IMG/VR virus record: IMGVR_UViG_3300032320_000591
Span: 1 to 29,984 of that record
Source of the DNA: a virus
Lineage: Duplodnaviria > Caudoviricetes
Strand: one strand, 5' to 3'
Length of the DNA: 29,984 nucleotides
The position numbers were made by a program, and so were the translations under genes. Each line of letters begins with the position of its first letter. Position 1 is the stretch's first letter. A model generated the notes under the pieces. It ran no database searches. It was not told where the DNA came from and was given only the letters and a program-made list of their open reading frames with translations. Below, piece by piece: positions 16,441 to 25,985 of the stretch.

Positions 16441-19400
16441 ATTATAGGTATACGTTGGAACTTAGATTGTGTGTATTGTATAGTCGCGCTGATTACAGCC
16501 ATTTTACCAGTGTGCTTGCACTCTAAATGCGGAGCTATCTTATTGCTAACTATTGGCATGTGCAGCGCAAATGTGTTAGATGCAAAGCCATTTGTAAACT
16601 CGTGAATTTTGTGAGGAGTAGCTGAATAGTGCGTTATCTTATCGCGCCATAGCATAGTAGTATATTCAACACTTGCAACCTTTCCGGTAAAATCAGTAGT
16701 GCCATAGTTATACTCAAGCACTGAGATATAAACTTTAGCCATCCATACAGTTTCAGTAGGCATAGTTATAGTGCCGTTGTTAATACCATCCACATAGAGA
16801 TTAACATCAGTTGGGTTAGATGTCATTTCACCTACACCCATCAGCTGAATAAATCCATGCTGCGAGCGCCCTGGTATAGTTGTACCGAAATCACTTTCTC
16901 CATCCCACCACGTACCACCACCAAAGTGCACCCCTCTTACATCAGCCTCTGCCCACTTGCCCATAACTGTAGTGCCTTCTAAGTTTGGCTTTATAAAGTT
17001 GCGATAGCCTAACGCTTGGCTGTAGTTATTGTTAGGTGAGATGCCATGCCCTAAGCCACTAACAAAAATGCGCTCGTTGTTATTCTCTATCTCAGCTCTA
17101 TTCACGTTACCCATACCGGTAGCGCTCTTTTGATTACCACTGGTGTTAGTGATATTGCTACCTCCTACATTATTAGGTGAGCTTATTATGCCAGGTGTTC
17201 CATTGGTTACAGTTGTAGCATAGCACCTGCCTTTATCAGTGCTCCATGTATAGCCGTAATACTCGCAGCATGTTTCTGATCCATAGCTTAAATTACCATC
17301 GTAATCTATAAACTGAACTGCTCCTGTGCTTGCGCTAATTGTTGAAGGTTTGTATTGGCATAGTGCTCCAATGTCAAGCAATCGGATAAGCTTGCATTTA
17401 GTTACTTGCTCATCAGCTACTATGTAATCTGTTAATTCTATTACTCTCCAAAAAGAATCTTTAACCCAAATCTTATCATTAAACTTTAAGCCAAATACAT
17501 CAGTTACGCTAAGCTTAAAATAAGCCTCCATTATCTTCTGCTCTGAATCGTAAAGCTCAGAAATATACTGCCTCCAATATCTATCAAATAGCGTATGTAA
17601 TGGCATTGTATCAATTGGATGCGGAGGAATCTCTTGCCCGAAGTTTAGATCATTAGTGCCTATTTCAGTTGGTATATTTTGGTAGTGGCATAGTAGCGGG
17701 ATAACTGTAAAGGCTGCATCTTCTGCTACCTCATCATAAAGCATAACTACAGCGCTTTCTTCGAATGCTCTCTTATAAAGGATGCGCGGCCCAGGTGCCA
17801 TAAACTCACCCTTTTCATTAACGTATTTCGGAATAACGTAATTAGTATTAGGTATTAAATCGCAGGGCGAAGCTCCAAACGTTAGCTCTACCGTGAAATC
17901 GCTTGTACTAAAGTCATTACCTGCATCGGTTAAGCGCAGCTCTCCATAAACTCTTTGAGCTGCTGTCTTATACTTAGCATTAAAGAAATCTCCCTGCTCT
18001 TTATAGCTCCACTTCAAAAGTCTCTTTCTTACATCAGATGCAGGAGTAAGTACAATGTCTTTAGATAGGTCAAGTTTGCCTGTCCAATCGTAATCAGCTC
18101 CACTACCTAAATACTCTACCATTGGAATTATCTCAACAGCGTTAGGTAAGTTTGGATTAGGGACTAATACAGCATTAAACATCTTGAGAATATCTCTTAA
18201 GAAATCTACTTGCTTTTGCTCCGGTGCGTTGTTAGCTATTTGAACTGCATAAGCATAGCTTAATCCACTAACGTAACTAAATCTAAAGCTACTATTTGTA
18301 AAAGCGTTAACCGGCTTAATAGTTATATTAGGTGAGCTTCCTGCATGAGCGCGAATAAGAATAGTATAAACATCTCCCTGCTCTATGTTTAATTGAAAAC
18401 TACTAAATGTATTAAATGGATTAATTGGCGTAGTAGGTGTAAAGCCTGTTCCTCCAATATACTGAAAAGATGTAGGCCCTATACCCATTGCATTAGGACA
18501 AGGTATTAATACTGTATCAGTACCTCTAACACGCTTTAACATTATATCATAAACATGCTGAGTATTGGCAGAATAGCCTGTAGTATCTACTTCAATATTT
18601 AAGTTAATTTGTACCCCCGCTTGAAATGTGCCTTGTGCAGTGTATGCGTTAGATACCCAGCTATTAGATGGATCACTTACCTCATGCCATCCTGTAAGCT
18701 GCTTAGAATAATAGCCATTGCCATCATCTACGTTTAATGTAAATGGAGCATCTGCTGTAAAGTCTACTTTAAATTTAGCCTCATCATTACTTAAGCCCTC
18801 AGTTCGTGGCCCTGTAACGTAAGGAATATACATTTCTTGCAGTTCAGCATCTAATGTATCTCCACTGTAGGTAAAGCCTGCTTCTGTGATAATCTTATTA
18901 AGCAGCCATTTAGCCTGAAAAGCCAAAGTGAGCTCACCGGTGTATATTGGATTAACGGAGCTAAAGATTCTGCGACTACCTATTGTAGTGGATTCGCTCC
19001 AATTCTGCCCCTTATCAGTTAGCGTGTAGCAGATAGCGTTATCAAATAAGCTTCCATCATTAATTAAATTTACATTTTCAAAGCTATTGTCATGGGCTAA
19101 ATCTGTATAGTCTAATTCTTTGAGTAGTTTATCTCCAATGCTTCGAGCTAAGTCTACAGTCTCACCAAAGAATGCTATAACAAACTCATGCATCTTACCC
19201 TGCTGAGTAATGGCCTGCTTAAATTGTATGTGACCTTCAGCAATGGGTAAAGTATCTACTGATAAAGTAGCCTCTATCTTGCGTAATACGTTAATCTGAG
19301 TAGTGTCATCATTAAGCAAATTAGCATTATACTGCTGCCCAAAGAAATCTACATTTGCCTTAGTCGCAGGTATTCTAAACTCACGTGAGAATGCTCCCCT

Positions 19401-19523
19401 GGTAGTAAACTCAGATACGCTATTAAAGTTGGAGGAATAACTTATGCTTTCATTCTCGTATAAATCTACTACTACAGCAGCTCCATTGCTTGCCTTAACT
19501 GTTAGTATTACTGTTGGCCTCAT
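16437..19523 (-). CDS. Large tail tip/hub protein
   Basis: 1028 aa, beta-rich, N-terminal FSREFRIPATKAN motif, in the tail module. Confidence 0.75.
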   Translation of the reverse strand: MRPTVILTVKASNGAAVVVDLYENESISYSSNFNSVSEFTTRGAFSREFRIPATKANVDFFGQQYNANLLNDDTTQINVLRKIEATLSVDTLPIAEGHIQFKQAITQQGKMHEFVIAFFGETVDLARSIGDKLLKELDYTDLAHDNSFENVNLINDGSLFDNAICYTLTDKGQNWSESTTIGSRRIFSSVNPIYTGELTLAFQAKWLLNKIITEAGFTYSGDTLDAELQEMYIPYVTGPRTEGLSNDEAKFKVDFTADAPFTLNVDDGNGYYSKQLTGWHEVSDPSNSWVSNAYTAQGTFQAGVQINLNIEVDTTGYSANTQHVYDIMLKRVRGTDTVLIPCPNAMGIGPTSFQYIGGTGFTPTTPINPFNTFSSFQLNIEQGDVYTILIRAHAGSSPNITIKPVNAFTNSSFRFSYVSGLSYAYAVQIANNAPEQKQVDFLRDILKMFNAVLVPNPNLPNAVEIIPMVEYLGSGADYDWTGKLDLSKDIVLTPASDVRKRLLKWSYKEQGDFFNAKYKTAAQRVYGELRLTDAGNDFSTSDFTVELTFGASPCDLIPNTNYVIPKYVNEKGEFMAPGPRILYKRAFEESAVVMLYDEVAEDAAFTVIPLLCHYQNIPTEIGTNDLNFGQEIPPHPIDTMPLHTLFDRYWRQYISELYDSEQKIMEAYFKLSVTDVFGLKFNDKIWVKDSFWRVIELTDYIVADEQVTKCKLIRLLDIGALCQYKPSTISASTGAVQFIDYDGNLSYGSETCCEYYGYTWSTDKGRCYATTVTNGTPGIISSPNNVGGSNITNTSGNQKSATGMGNVNRAEIENNNERIFVSGLGHGISPNNNYSQALGYRNFIKPNLEGTTVMGKWAEADVRGVHFGGGTWWDGESDFGTTIPGRSQHGFIQLMGVGEMTSNPTDVNLYVDGINNGTITMPTETVWMAKVYISVLEYNYGTTDFTGKVASVEYTTMLWRDKITHYSATPHKIHEFTNGFASNTFALHMPIVSNKIAPHLECKHTGKMAVISATIQYTQSKFQRIPII

Positions 19524-20800
19524 GCTGTATAGTCGTTACTGAATTTTAACATCAATTCTAAATCTGTTTTTCTTGAGCTTCTACTCTTAACTGCTGTATA
19601 GTTATTGCTATCTATTAGTACCGGTGTAGCTGAGCCATCAGGATTAATTATGTAAACGGATTCGCTATAGATTAGATTCTTTAAGTATTCAAACTGTCCC
19701 TCAGTTAAGAAGTCAGTTCTAATACGCATCATCTTTTCTACAAATGGGCTGCGCTCGGTTAAGCCTCTATCATAAGTATTAAAGCCAAACGCTGTAGTTT
19801 CATCTGCAGTGCCGTAGTTACCTACTACCTTTCTGTAGCGCTTGCGCTCCACTGAGTAACTTTCCTCACTACGTTTAGTAAAATTGAAATAGTCCCACCC
19901 CCCTCGGCTATTAGTCCAGCCTAATCTTATCTTATCAAATCTGCATTCATCATCTGCCTTGAATACTGCTATTGATCGTGCAGCAGCTGATCCGCCACTT
20001 TTTCTAAAATTAATTAAGTAGTGATGCCATGTAGACTGCAGGCCAAAAATATCTTCTATGTTATTTGGTAGTAGTGGCAAATGGTTCAGCGTTCCTGCTG
20101 CAATTACGCACGCTAAAGTATCAGTTTGGATAGGTGTGCCTGCTTCGTTGAATTGTACTATTTGCACATTATTAATAGCGTTGCCCGTTAAAGCTGTGCC
20201 GTTATCTGCAGGAACAGTAAGCACTCCATAGTCATCTTCAAAAGAAGTAATGCCTATTGTGTTAGCGCCTAATGAGTATTGGTTTAGCATGTCATCCATT
20301 GCATAGGTTTCTCTAACTAAATCACTCATGATATAGCTCGTGCCGGATGTAAGAGTAAAGTAATCTGCAGGATCAGGATTAAAGCCATCACTAATCTGAA
20401 ACGCTGCATTGATTAATGCGCTGCCATCTAATGGATATTCAGTAGCCTGCACCTCGAATACACCTAACACCTCATAGCCCTCTTGTATAATTGTGCTAAT
20501 GCCTAAAATATTACGCGATGTAGCAGCATCTTGCACCGTTGTAGATGCAAATAATGAAAGCACAGAGTCAGTGCTGTTTACCCCTAAATCCATTGATTGA
20601 GATACTACGGGGTTAAGGTCAAATACAAGTGCGCCATTGATGTTAGGCTGCACGTAAAACACATTAGTAGTAGTGCCATTGCTTACTGTTATCACATAGC
20701 GAAAGCCAGGCTGCCCTATGTTAGAAGATGTAGCCACTACTATAAGCTTCTGCTTAAGAGCTGTAAAGATGTAAGGCTGCTGATGTATTGTTATAGCCAT
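19520..20800 (-). CDS. Tail protein (distal-tail-like)
   Basis: 426 aa with a WTNSRGGWDYFNF motif, directly upstream of the tail hub gene. Confidence 0.65.
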   Translation of the reverse strand: MAITIHQQPYIFTALKQKLIVVATSSNIGQPGFRYVITVSNGTTTNVFYVQPNINGALVFDLNPVVSQSMDLGVNSTDSVLSLFASTTVQDAATSRNILGISTIIQEGYEVLGVFEVQATEYPLDGSALINAAFQISDGFNPDPADYFTLTSGTSYIMSDLVRETYAMDDMLNQYSLGANTIGITSFEDDYGVLTVPADNGTALTGNAINNVQIVQFNEAGTPIQTDTLACVIAAGTLNHLPLLPNNIEDIFGLQSTWHHYLINFRKSGGSAAARSIAVFKADDECRFDKIRLGWTNSRGGWDYFNFTKRSEESYSVERKRYRKVVGNYGTADETTAFGFNTYDRGLTERSPFVEKMMRIRTDFLTEGQFEYLKNLIYSESVYIINPDGSATPVLIDSNNYTAVKSRSSRKTDLELMLKFSNDYTA

Positions 20801-21423
20801 TATGCAGGTTTAATATTAGTTAGTTTTCTTGTTTGGTTTAGTATGTAGATGTATACAGCATCGCCCATAGCTTCGTTAAGCTGGCTTGCGTAATCAGGAA
20901 GCCACTCTAAATAGGCATCTCTAAAGTAATAAAGCGGAGCAATACCTTTTTTCTCAATGCTCTTAGCCATCGCGTTAGCTACTCTCCTTCTCTGATCTTC
21001 ATCTTTGTTAGTTGCTGATTTAGCGAACTTAGTCATCTTGCCCGTTTCACCCATAGCTCTGAGCTTAATCCTTTTTAGATTCATCCAGTTAAGGATAGCT
21101 TCTACCGGAGGCTTAGCTGCTCCTGCTGCAAATCGTGTATCTATGCCTTTATAATTGCTCTCTTTACCCTGCCTTCCGTATTCTACCCATTGAGCGTAAT
21201 CAGCTGATGAGTTAAATGCAATAGATGGTATTGAGCCTGTTACATCTAAATCATAATAGAGAGATGCTGCGAGAGTTCCCGTAGTGTTAGCTCTGCGCTT
21301 CTTGCCGTATCTCGTTTGCTGGATGCGAATGTTTGAGCGTGCACTCTCCGTAACGGATTCCCCGAAATCTAAAAGCACATCGTATAGCGCTCCCTGTTCA
21401 AACAGCTCAGCTAAAATGCTCAT
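20800..21423 (-). CDS. Tail completion protein (HK97 gp10-like)
   Basis: TGTLAASL, YAQWVEYGR and GIAPLYYF motifs. Confidence 0.7.
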   Translation of the reverse strand: MSILAELFEQGALYDVLLDFGESVTESARSNIRIQQTRYGKKRRANTTGTLAASLYYDLDVTGSIPSIAFNSSADYAQWVEYGRQGKESNYKGIDTRFAAGAAKPPVEAILNWMNLKRIKLRAMGETGKMTKFAKSATNKDEDQRRRVANAMAKSIEKKGIAPLYYFRDAYLEWLPDYASQLNEAMGDAVYIYILNQTRKLTNIKPA

Positions 21424-21749
21424 GCTTGCTCTCTTATTCTTTGTCTTAATTCTAATATATTGGAAGGAATAGCTTTTCCTGTTTCAATAAAACGAGTAAC
21501 GTACCAATCCGTTTCTAACAATTGCTCGTAAGCTTCTTTTTTTAACTGAATTTCCTTTTCATTTTTCGCTTCGATTAATTCATCTTGTGAAGCGTTTTCG
21601 TAAAAAGTGTTTGTTTCAAAGTTGAAGTATGGATTAAGCATAAAATCCGTTAATTGCAAATCTGTAAACAGTTCGTCTTTAGAACAAATGTAATTTTCGT
21701 GAGTTGAAAATAGTACCTTTCCGCTTTTATCTAAAATTGTTTTCATCAT
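21420..21749 (-). CDS. Tail fibre assembly chaperone-like protein
   Basis: C-terminal LLETDWYV...LRQRIRE motif; follows the fibre gene. Confidence 0.55.
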   Translation of the reverse strand: MMKTILDKSGKVLFSTHENYICSKDELFTDLQLTDFMLNPYFNFETNTFYENASQDELIEAKNEKEIQLKKEAYEQLLETDWYVTRFIETGKAIPSNILELRQRIREQA

Positions 21750-23551
21750 TTACTTATAATTAATTCGTTCATAACTACGCTATCTCCAGCGTTTGTTAAT
21801 TGTAATGAAACAAAGCCGTAAATTGGCTGAGTAAAATCTAATGCAAGTGTTGACGTTGCTATATTCGTCAAAGTATTATCGTTGTAAATTCCGTTCGCAG
21901 CTGCGCTCATAAATCCCTTCAAGTTACCGCCTTCAATTTTATAAGTACGCGTGCCTCTCATATTTATATTTCCTCCACTTGCTGATAATATCAATACATT
22001 GCTCGCAGTTCCGTAAGTGTTGGTATTGCTTAATTTTAACCTGCATGATGAAGCGTTTAACACTCCCGTCTTTTGCCACGAAATAGTTTCAATTTTTAAT
22101 ATATCGGTAGCTGAATAAGTGTTCGCTGGAATAGTAAAATTAAAAGATGTTATTTGCGTTTCAACAGTTGTTCCTGTATGTGCAGGTGAAGGTGTAATTA
22201 TATTTATAATCTTAGAACTTCTTGTCGATAGAGCGCTATTTACGGTATCTACTGTTGGAAATTTTACCCCTGTGCCATCTACTGCTAAAGAGTTCTGTTT
22301 GTTGGCTGTGTTCTCAGGAGTAAATCCTAACGCTGCCTGCTTGCCGTTAAACGTGTTCCAATCTGTTGAAGTTAAAAAGCCATTCGTTGAAGTGTTAGCC
22401 TGTGCTATTGACAGCGTTCTATCAGCTGTTAAATTACCGCCACCGCTTAGGGGTGAGGTAGTGCTTATTGTGCGAGTTGTTGGAACTTTGCTGCTATCTA
22501 AATGCTCAAGCGCATCGTCTGCGTTCGTTCCTGTAACGGTGCTATCGTTTTGTACTTGCGATGTCTTTAGCTTGCTGTGCTGCCATTGAAAAGGCTGTGT
22601 ACCGAATGGAGTGCTAACGTATATCCAAGTATCGTCAACAGCAGGCGCACCGCTTTGAAAGTCTACTCCATGAACTCGGTGAACTGTTGGATTAGGATAA
22701 GTGCCTTGCAAGTCTCCACCCGCTGCTCCGTTTGGAGGTAGTGAAGTTGGTATAGTTGGCAAGTTATCTAAATCATTATAGCTATTGCTAAAAGCTGTAG
22801 CTCCTAAGTCAGCGCTATTAGCTTTTAAAGCTACATCAGTTTGAAGCGCTTCAATATCTTCAAGTATGCTTATAATGGTAGCGCATTCGGGTAAGTCTTC
22901 GCACGTTAATCCTGTTGGTAATACATGCCATCCCTTTACTCCTTCCTCATCTGTGCCATAGTAGTAACTGTTACCAGGTGCCTCTTCGTCATTTACTAAA
23001 CTTACAAAAGCTCCATCTTGAGTTAAGCTCTCGATAAACTGCAAAGCTCCCCATCCATCGTTAGGCGAATCAGTAGGAGTATTATAATTCCAGCTCGCAG
23101 GAATAGAGCATGCGCTCCAATCGTAATCTAAGTTAAGTTCTATTGTTCCGGTAACTCCCGTTAATGTGTGAGTGTATTGCTCTACAAATGGCTCAGAGTT
23201 TACAGGGCGAGTTAATACTACCTGATCTCCGAACATATTGCCCAAATAAATCTCGTTTATTAAATCTTGAAATATAAGCGAGCAATCAGTAATACTCTCT
23301 GCCTGATAGCCTGTCTTATCTTCCTTATCTCTTGGCAAGTCTGATATGAATATTTCAAAGCTGAAAGTTCTTGTACCAGGTGCGTAGTTAATAGCTCGAG
23401 GCTTAACGTGCAGCCATGGCCACTCAGCTTCCTTCTCTAAATCGGCCTGTGAAATCTCACCATGCGTAAACCTACGTAGTTGGAAATGCCCTGCTGCGAA
23501 CTGTCTAAACCTATCTACTATTACGTTGTATGTGTAGTTAATTGTGCTCAT
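21746..23551 (-). CDS. Tail-terminator-like domain fused to a fibre
   Basis: The first ~155 aa (WPWLHV...FSFEIFISD...EPFVE...TGVTG) look like a tail terminator; the rest is Gly/Thr/Ser-rich fibre sequence (AGGDLQGTYPNPTV, PLSGGGNLTADRT, GFLTSTDWNTFN). Confidence 0.65.
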   Translation of the reverse strand: MSTINYTYNVIVDRFRQFAAGHFQLRRFTHGEISQADLEKEAEWPWLHVKPRAINYAPGTRTFSFEIFISDLPRDKEDKTGYQAESITDCSLIFQDLINEIYLGNMFGDQVVLTRPVNSEPFVEQYTHTLTGVTGTIELNLDYDWSACSIPASWNYNTPTDSPNDGWGALQFIESLTQDGAFVSLVNDEEAPGNSYYYGTDEEGVKGWHVLPTGLTCEDLPECATIISILEDIEALQTDVALKANSADLGATAFSNSYNDLDNLPTIPTSLPPNGAAGGDLQGTYPNPTVHRVHGVDFQSGAPAVDDTWIYVSTPFGTQPFQWQHSKLKTSQVQNDSTVTGTNADDALEHLDSSKVPTTRTISTTSPLSGGGNLTADRTLSIAQANTSTNGFLTSTDWNTFNGKQAALGFTPENTANKQNSLAVDGTGVKFPTVDTVNSALSTRSSKIINIITPSPAHTGTTVETQITSFNFTIPANTYSATDILKIETISWQKTGVLNASSCRLKLSNTNTYGTASNVLILSASGGNINMRGTRTYKIEGGNLKGFMSAAANGIYNDNTLTNIATSTLALDFTQPIYGFVSLQLTNAGDSVVMNELIISK

Positions 23552-23566
23552 ATCTATTAGTGGAAA

Positions 23567-23830
23567 TTAAGTAAGCTTTTGTTGTAAGCTGTTAGCGTAA
23601 TCCATCGCATAGGTTAAATGGGTGAATATTGTTGAGGCTCTTGTGTTAGTTATAGCATCAAACTTAGTTACATCTCTTTCTGCCATCTCTTCGATTACAT
23701 GCCACCACTGATAAACACTTGCTAATGTTTCACCTCGTCTGCTAACTGAGTTATCTCCCTCTTCAGCCTCTCCAGCTCCTGCTCTAAATATTCGGGTGTA
23801 CTGTTCACTAAATCGCTTCTGAGTGTCGAA
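23567..23830 (-). CDS. -1 frameshift extension of the tail assembly chaperone (gpGT-like T part)
   Basis: The -1 frame is open from the T9 run (23829-23837) to TAA at 23567-23569: FDTQKRFSEQY...YQWWHVIEEMAERDVTKFDAIT...QQKLT*. It fills an otherwise empty gap. Confidence 0.8.
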   Translation of the reverse strand, partial: FDTQKRFSEQYTRIFRAGAGEAEEGDNSVSRRGETLASVYQWWHVIEEMAERDVTKFDAITNTRASTIFTHLTYAMDYANSLQQKLT

Positions 23831-24306
23831 AAAAAAAGCAGCGCAGCATTAACATTGGCTAAGTTTAGCTGCCTCATCTGAGGAGCATACTTAAGATGTA
23901 CATCGCTATCATACTCCTCTATCTTGTACTGCAGATTAATCTCTGCTGTTACCGGTCTATAGAGGATGCACATTAGCTCAGGCAGCTGATGGGGGAAGTT
24001 CTTGCTAAGCTCAGACAAATCTAACCATTCGCCAAATGTCATGCTCTTAAGATTAGGATGAAAGCCAAACTTAATACCATCTATCTCTATGAATTGCTTA
24101 AATACCTTCTCATCATTCTTAAGGCCATTGGCATAGGCAGTAACTATCTTCTCAATAGTTGTCATGTCTATCTTCCTGATATCGTCTCGCTTTAGCCCTG
24201 TGATGGCTTGAATCTGACTAACAGTATCTTCACCCGCAGCCATGAAGTCTACGTATGTGCCGAGCGTTTGGTCTGAATACTTAGTGCTTATTATCTTGTC
24301 GCTCAT
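23722..24306 (-). CDS. Tail assembly chaperone (gpG-like)
   Basis: FGFHPNLKSMTFGEWLDL and ILYRP motifs, with CTT TTT TTT TCG near the 3' end. Likely start MSDKII at 24306. Confidence 0.75.
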   Translation of the reverse strand: MSDKIISTKYSDQTLGTYVDFMAAGEDTVSQIQAITGLKRDDIRKIDMTTIEKIVTAYANGLKNDEKVFKQFIEIDGIKFGFHPNLKSMTFGEWLDLSELSKNFPHQLPELMCILYRPVTAEINLQYKIEEYDSDVHLKYAPQMRQLNLANVNAALLFFSTLRSDLVNSTPEYLEQELERLKREITQLADEVKH

Positions 24307-24517
24307 AGGTTTCTTTATAGTATTGTTCAAAACTACCTTCATCATTCATTCTATCGCAAGAACCACAGAAGTAAGCACTTTCTAAATCTTCTTTATACAT
24401 TTCTATAGCTTTTGGAAATAAAGCTTTAAACCATACATCTAATTCTGAATCAGGTCTAAACTCAATCTGTTTATTGAATTCAGATATAAACCACTCTATG
24501 CTACTTTGTTTATACAT
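24281..24517 (-). CDS. Hypothetical protein
   Basis: 78-aa ORF (KQSSIEW...EQYYKETY). Confidence 0.65.
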   Translation of the reverse strand: MYKQSSIEWFISEFNKQIEFRPDSELDVWFKALFPKAIEMYKEDLESAYFCGSCDRMNDEGSFEQYYKETYERQDNKH

Positions 24518-24520
24518 ACC

Positions 24521-24961
24521 TTAAATATTTGTACCGTCTATAGTTATGTTAATGCTCTTTATCTCAGTGCTCAGCTCTTGCCTCTCTATGTACCCTCTCT
24601 GCTTACCTTGAGTTTTAAGGTAGAATATCACAGCGCTTGTATTAGGTGCATCTTTAATAGTTACTACCTCACCATCGTGCGTTAAGGCTTGGCGCTCTGC
24701 TCCCTCCATTAGTTTCTTTAACTGTGATTCTGCAAAGTCTAATGCTACATTCTTAAGTGAGTCTACTGCTGCCTTATATTCAGCATCATCTTTGAGCCAT
24801 TCATAGTGAATAGTTCTGCTTAGTCCTAACTTCTCACATGCCTCGCTTACATTGCCAAGCGAAGCCGTAAGCGCCTGAATCATAGCATCTTTTTTGATTG
24901 TTAACTTTTGCACAGGCTCTTCCGAGTTTGGCTCTGTTTTACTTCCGAGTTTGGCACTCAT
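24521..24961 (-). CDS. Putative terminase small subunit
   Basis: HTH GNVSEACEKLGLSRTIHYEW plus AVIFYLKTQGKQRGY. Confidence 0.65.
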   Translation of the reverse strand: MSAKLGSKTEPNSEEPVQKLTIKKDAMIQALTASLGNVSEACEKLGLSRTIHYEWLKDDAEYKAAVDSLKNVALDFAESQLKKLMEGAERQALTHDGEVVTIKDAPNTSAVIFYLKTQGKQRGYIERQELSTEIKSINITIDGTNI

Positions 24962-25311
24962 GCTAACTTATTCTTAAAGTGTGTTATTAACTGCTCCATC
25001 TTAGAGTCATAGTATTTAGCAAAGGTAGTAAAACCTTCACTATCAGCTTCATAAACTCTAAACATTATACCTCTTAATCTCTGAGATGGTTTCTTTAACG
25101 TATCTTCTAACTCCGATTTAAGGCTTTCTACAGCATCTAACTCCTCACGTCTAAAGCTCTCATCTTTGAATGCTAAGTAACCGAACTGATTGGCTGTACC
25201 GAACAGTTCAGCTGCTTGTGCCGGTGTGAGCTCGTTAGTACCAAAGGTAAGCTTAAGAGTCTTATCTTTTCTTGTGCCTACGCTTTCAAGCTGTGCTGGT
25301 ATTAATATCAT
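24958..25311 (-). CDS. Hypothetical protein
   Basis: 117-aa ORF with KKPSQRLR, ATGA-coupled to the terS-like gene. Confidence 0.7.
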   Translation of the reverse strand: MILIPAQLESVGTRKDKTLKLTFGTNELTPAQAAELFGTANQFGYLAFKDESFRREELDAVESLKSELEDTLKKPSQRLRGIMFRVYEADSEGFTTFAKYYDSKMEQLITHFKNKLA

Positions 25312-25320
25312 ATTCGTTAT

Positions 25321-25470
25321 TTAAGATCCACAATAAAGGCAAGCCTCATCTTCTCCACCTTCTCCTGCATTTAGTATTCTCTCACATTCTTTATCTACTT
25401 GCTCTTCGCTCCAGTTTGGGTTAAACATTTTCACTTGTGCCTTTAAAAAGTTATAATTATTATCATTCAT
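25321..25470 (-). CDS. 49-aa peptide ending EDEACLYCGS (not in ORF track)
   Basis: MNDNNYNFLKAQVKMFNPNWSEEQVDKECERILNAGEGGEDEACLYCGS*; A-rich initiation region; fills the gap. Confidence 0.7.
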   Translation of the reverse strand: MNDNNYNFLKAQVKMFNPNWSEEQVDKECERILNAGEGGEDEACLYCGS

Positions 25471-25507
25471 TTATATTAATCTTTATTAGTTATAACTATT
25501 AGTGTAA

Positions 25508-25981
25508 TTAGCTTTTAGCTTTAGTTAATGGCCTATAATCAGTAGAATGCTTATTAGACTTCTTACTGTTACATGACCTGCATAATAGTTGTAAGTTATC
25601 AAAATCTAAAGATAATTCTTTGTACAATGAATAAGGTTTAATATGGTCTACTGCTATGTGCTCAGTTGAATTGCAGCACATGCATTTTTCACCATACATT
25701 TTTACTAATTCTACCCTCAATTTCATTAAATTAGATTGGCTATAATTTCTATCATAGTTAGCACGTATCAAATCAAAATCAGCACTATCAAATAATTCTA
25801 TAATGTAGTCATTTAGTTTCTTATTTGTTGGTACAGTCAAATTATTTAAAGATAAGAACTCTTTAAGATAAACCTTCTGCTTAATACCAGGTTTAACTTT
25901 GATAGCATATTGATTTAGCAGTATACTAAATATCTGCTTCTTAGCAGCTCTTAGCTTATTGTTAGCAGTAGATTTAATCAT
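25508..25981 (-). CDS. HNH endonuclease
   Basis: CMCC...VDHIKP...NLQLLCRSCNSKK; likely start ATG 25981. Confidence 0.88.
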   Translation of the reverse strand: MIKSTANNKLRAAKKQIFSILLNQYAIKVKPGIKQKVYLKEFLSLNNLTVPTNKKLNDYIIELFDSADFDLIRANYDRNYSQSNLMKLRVELVKMYGEKCMCCNSTEHIAVDHIKPYSLYKELSLDFDNLQLLCRSCNSKKSNKHSTDYRPLTKAKS

Positions 25982-25985
25982 AAAC

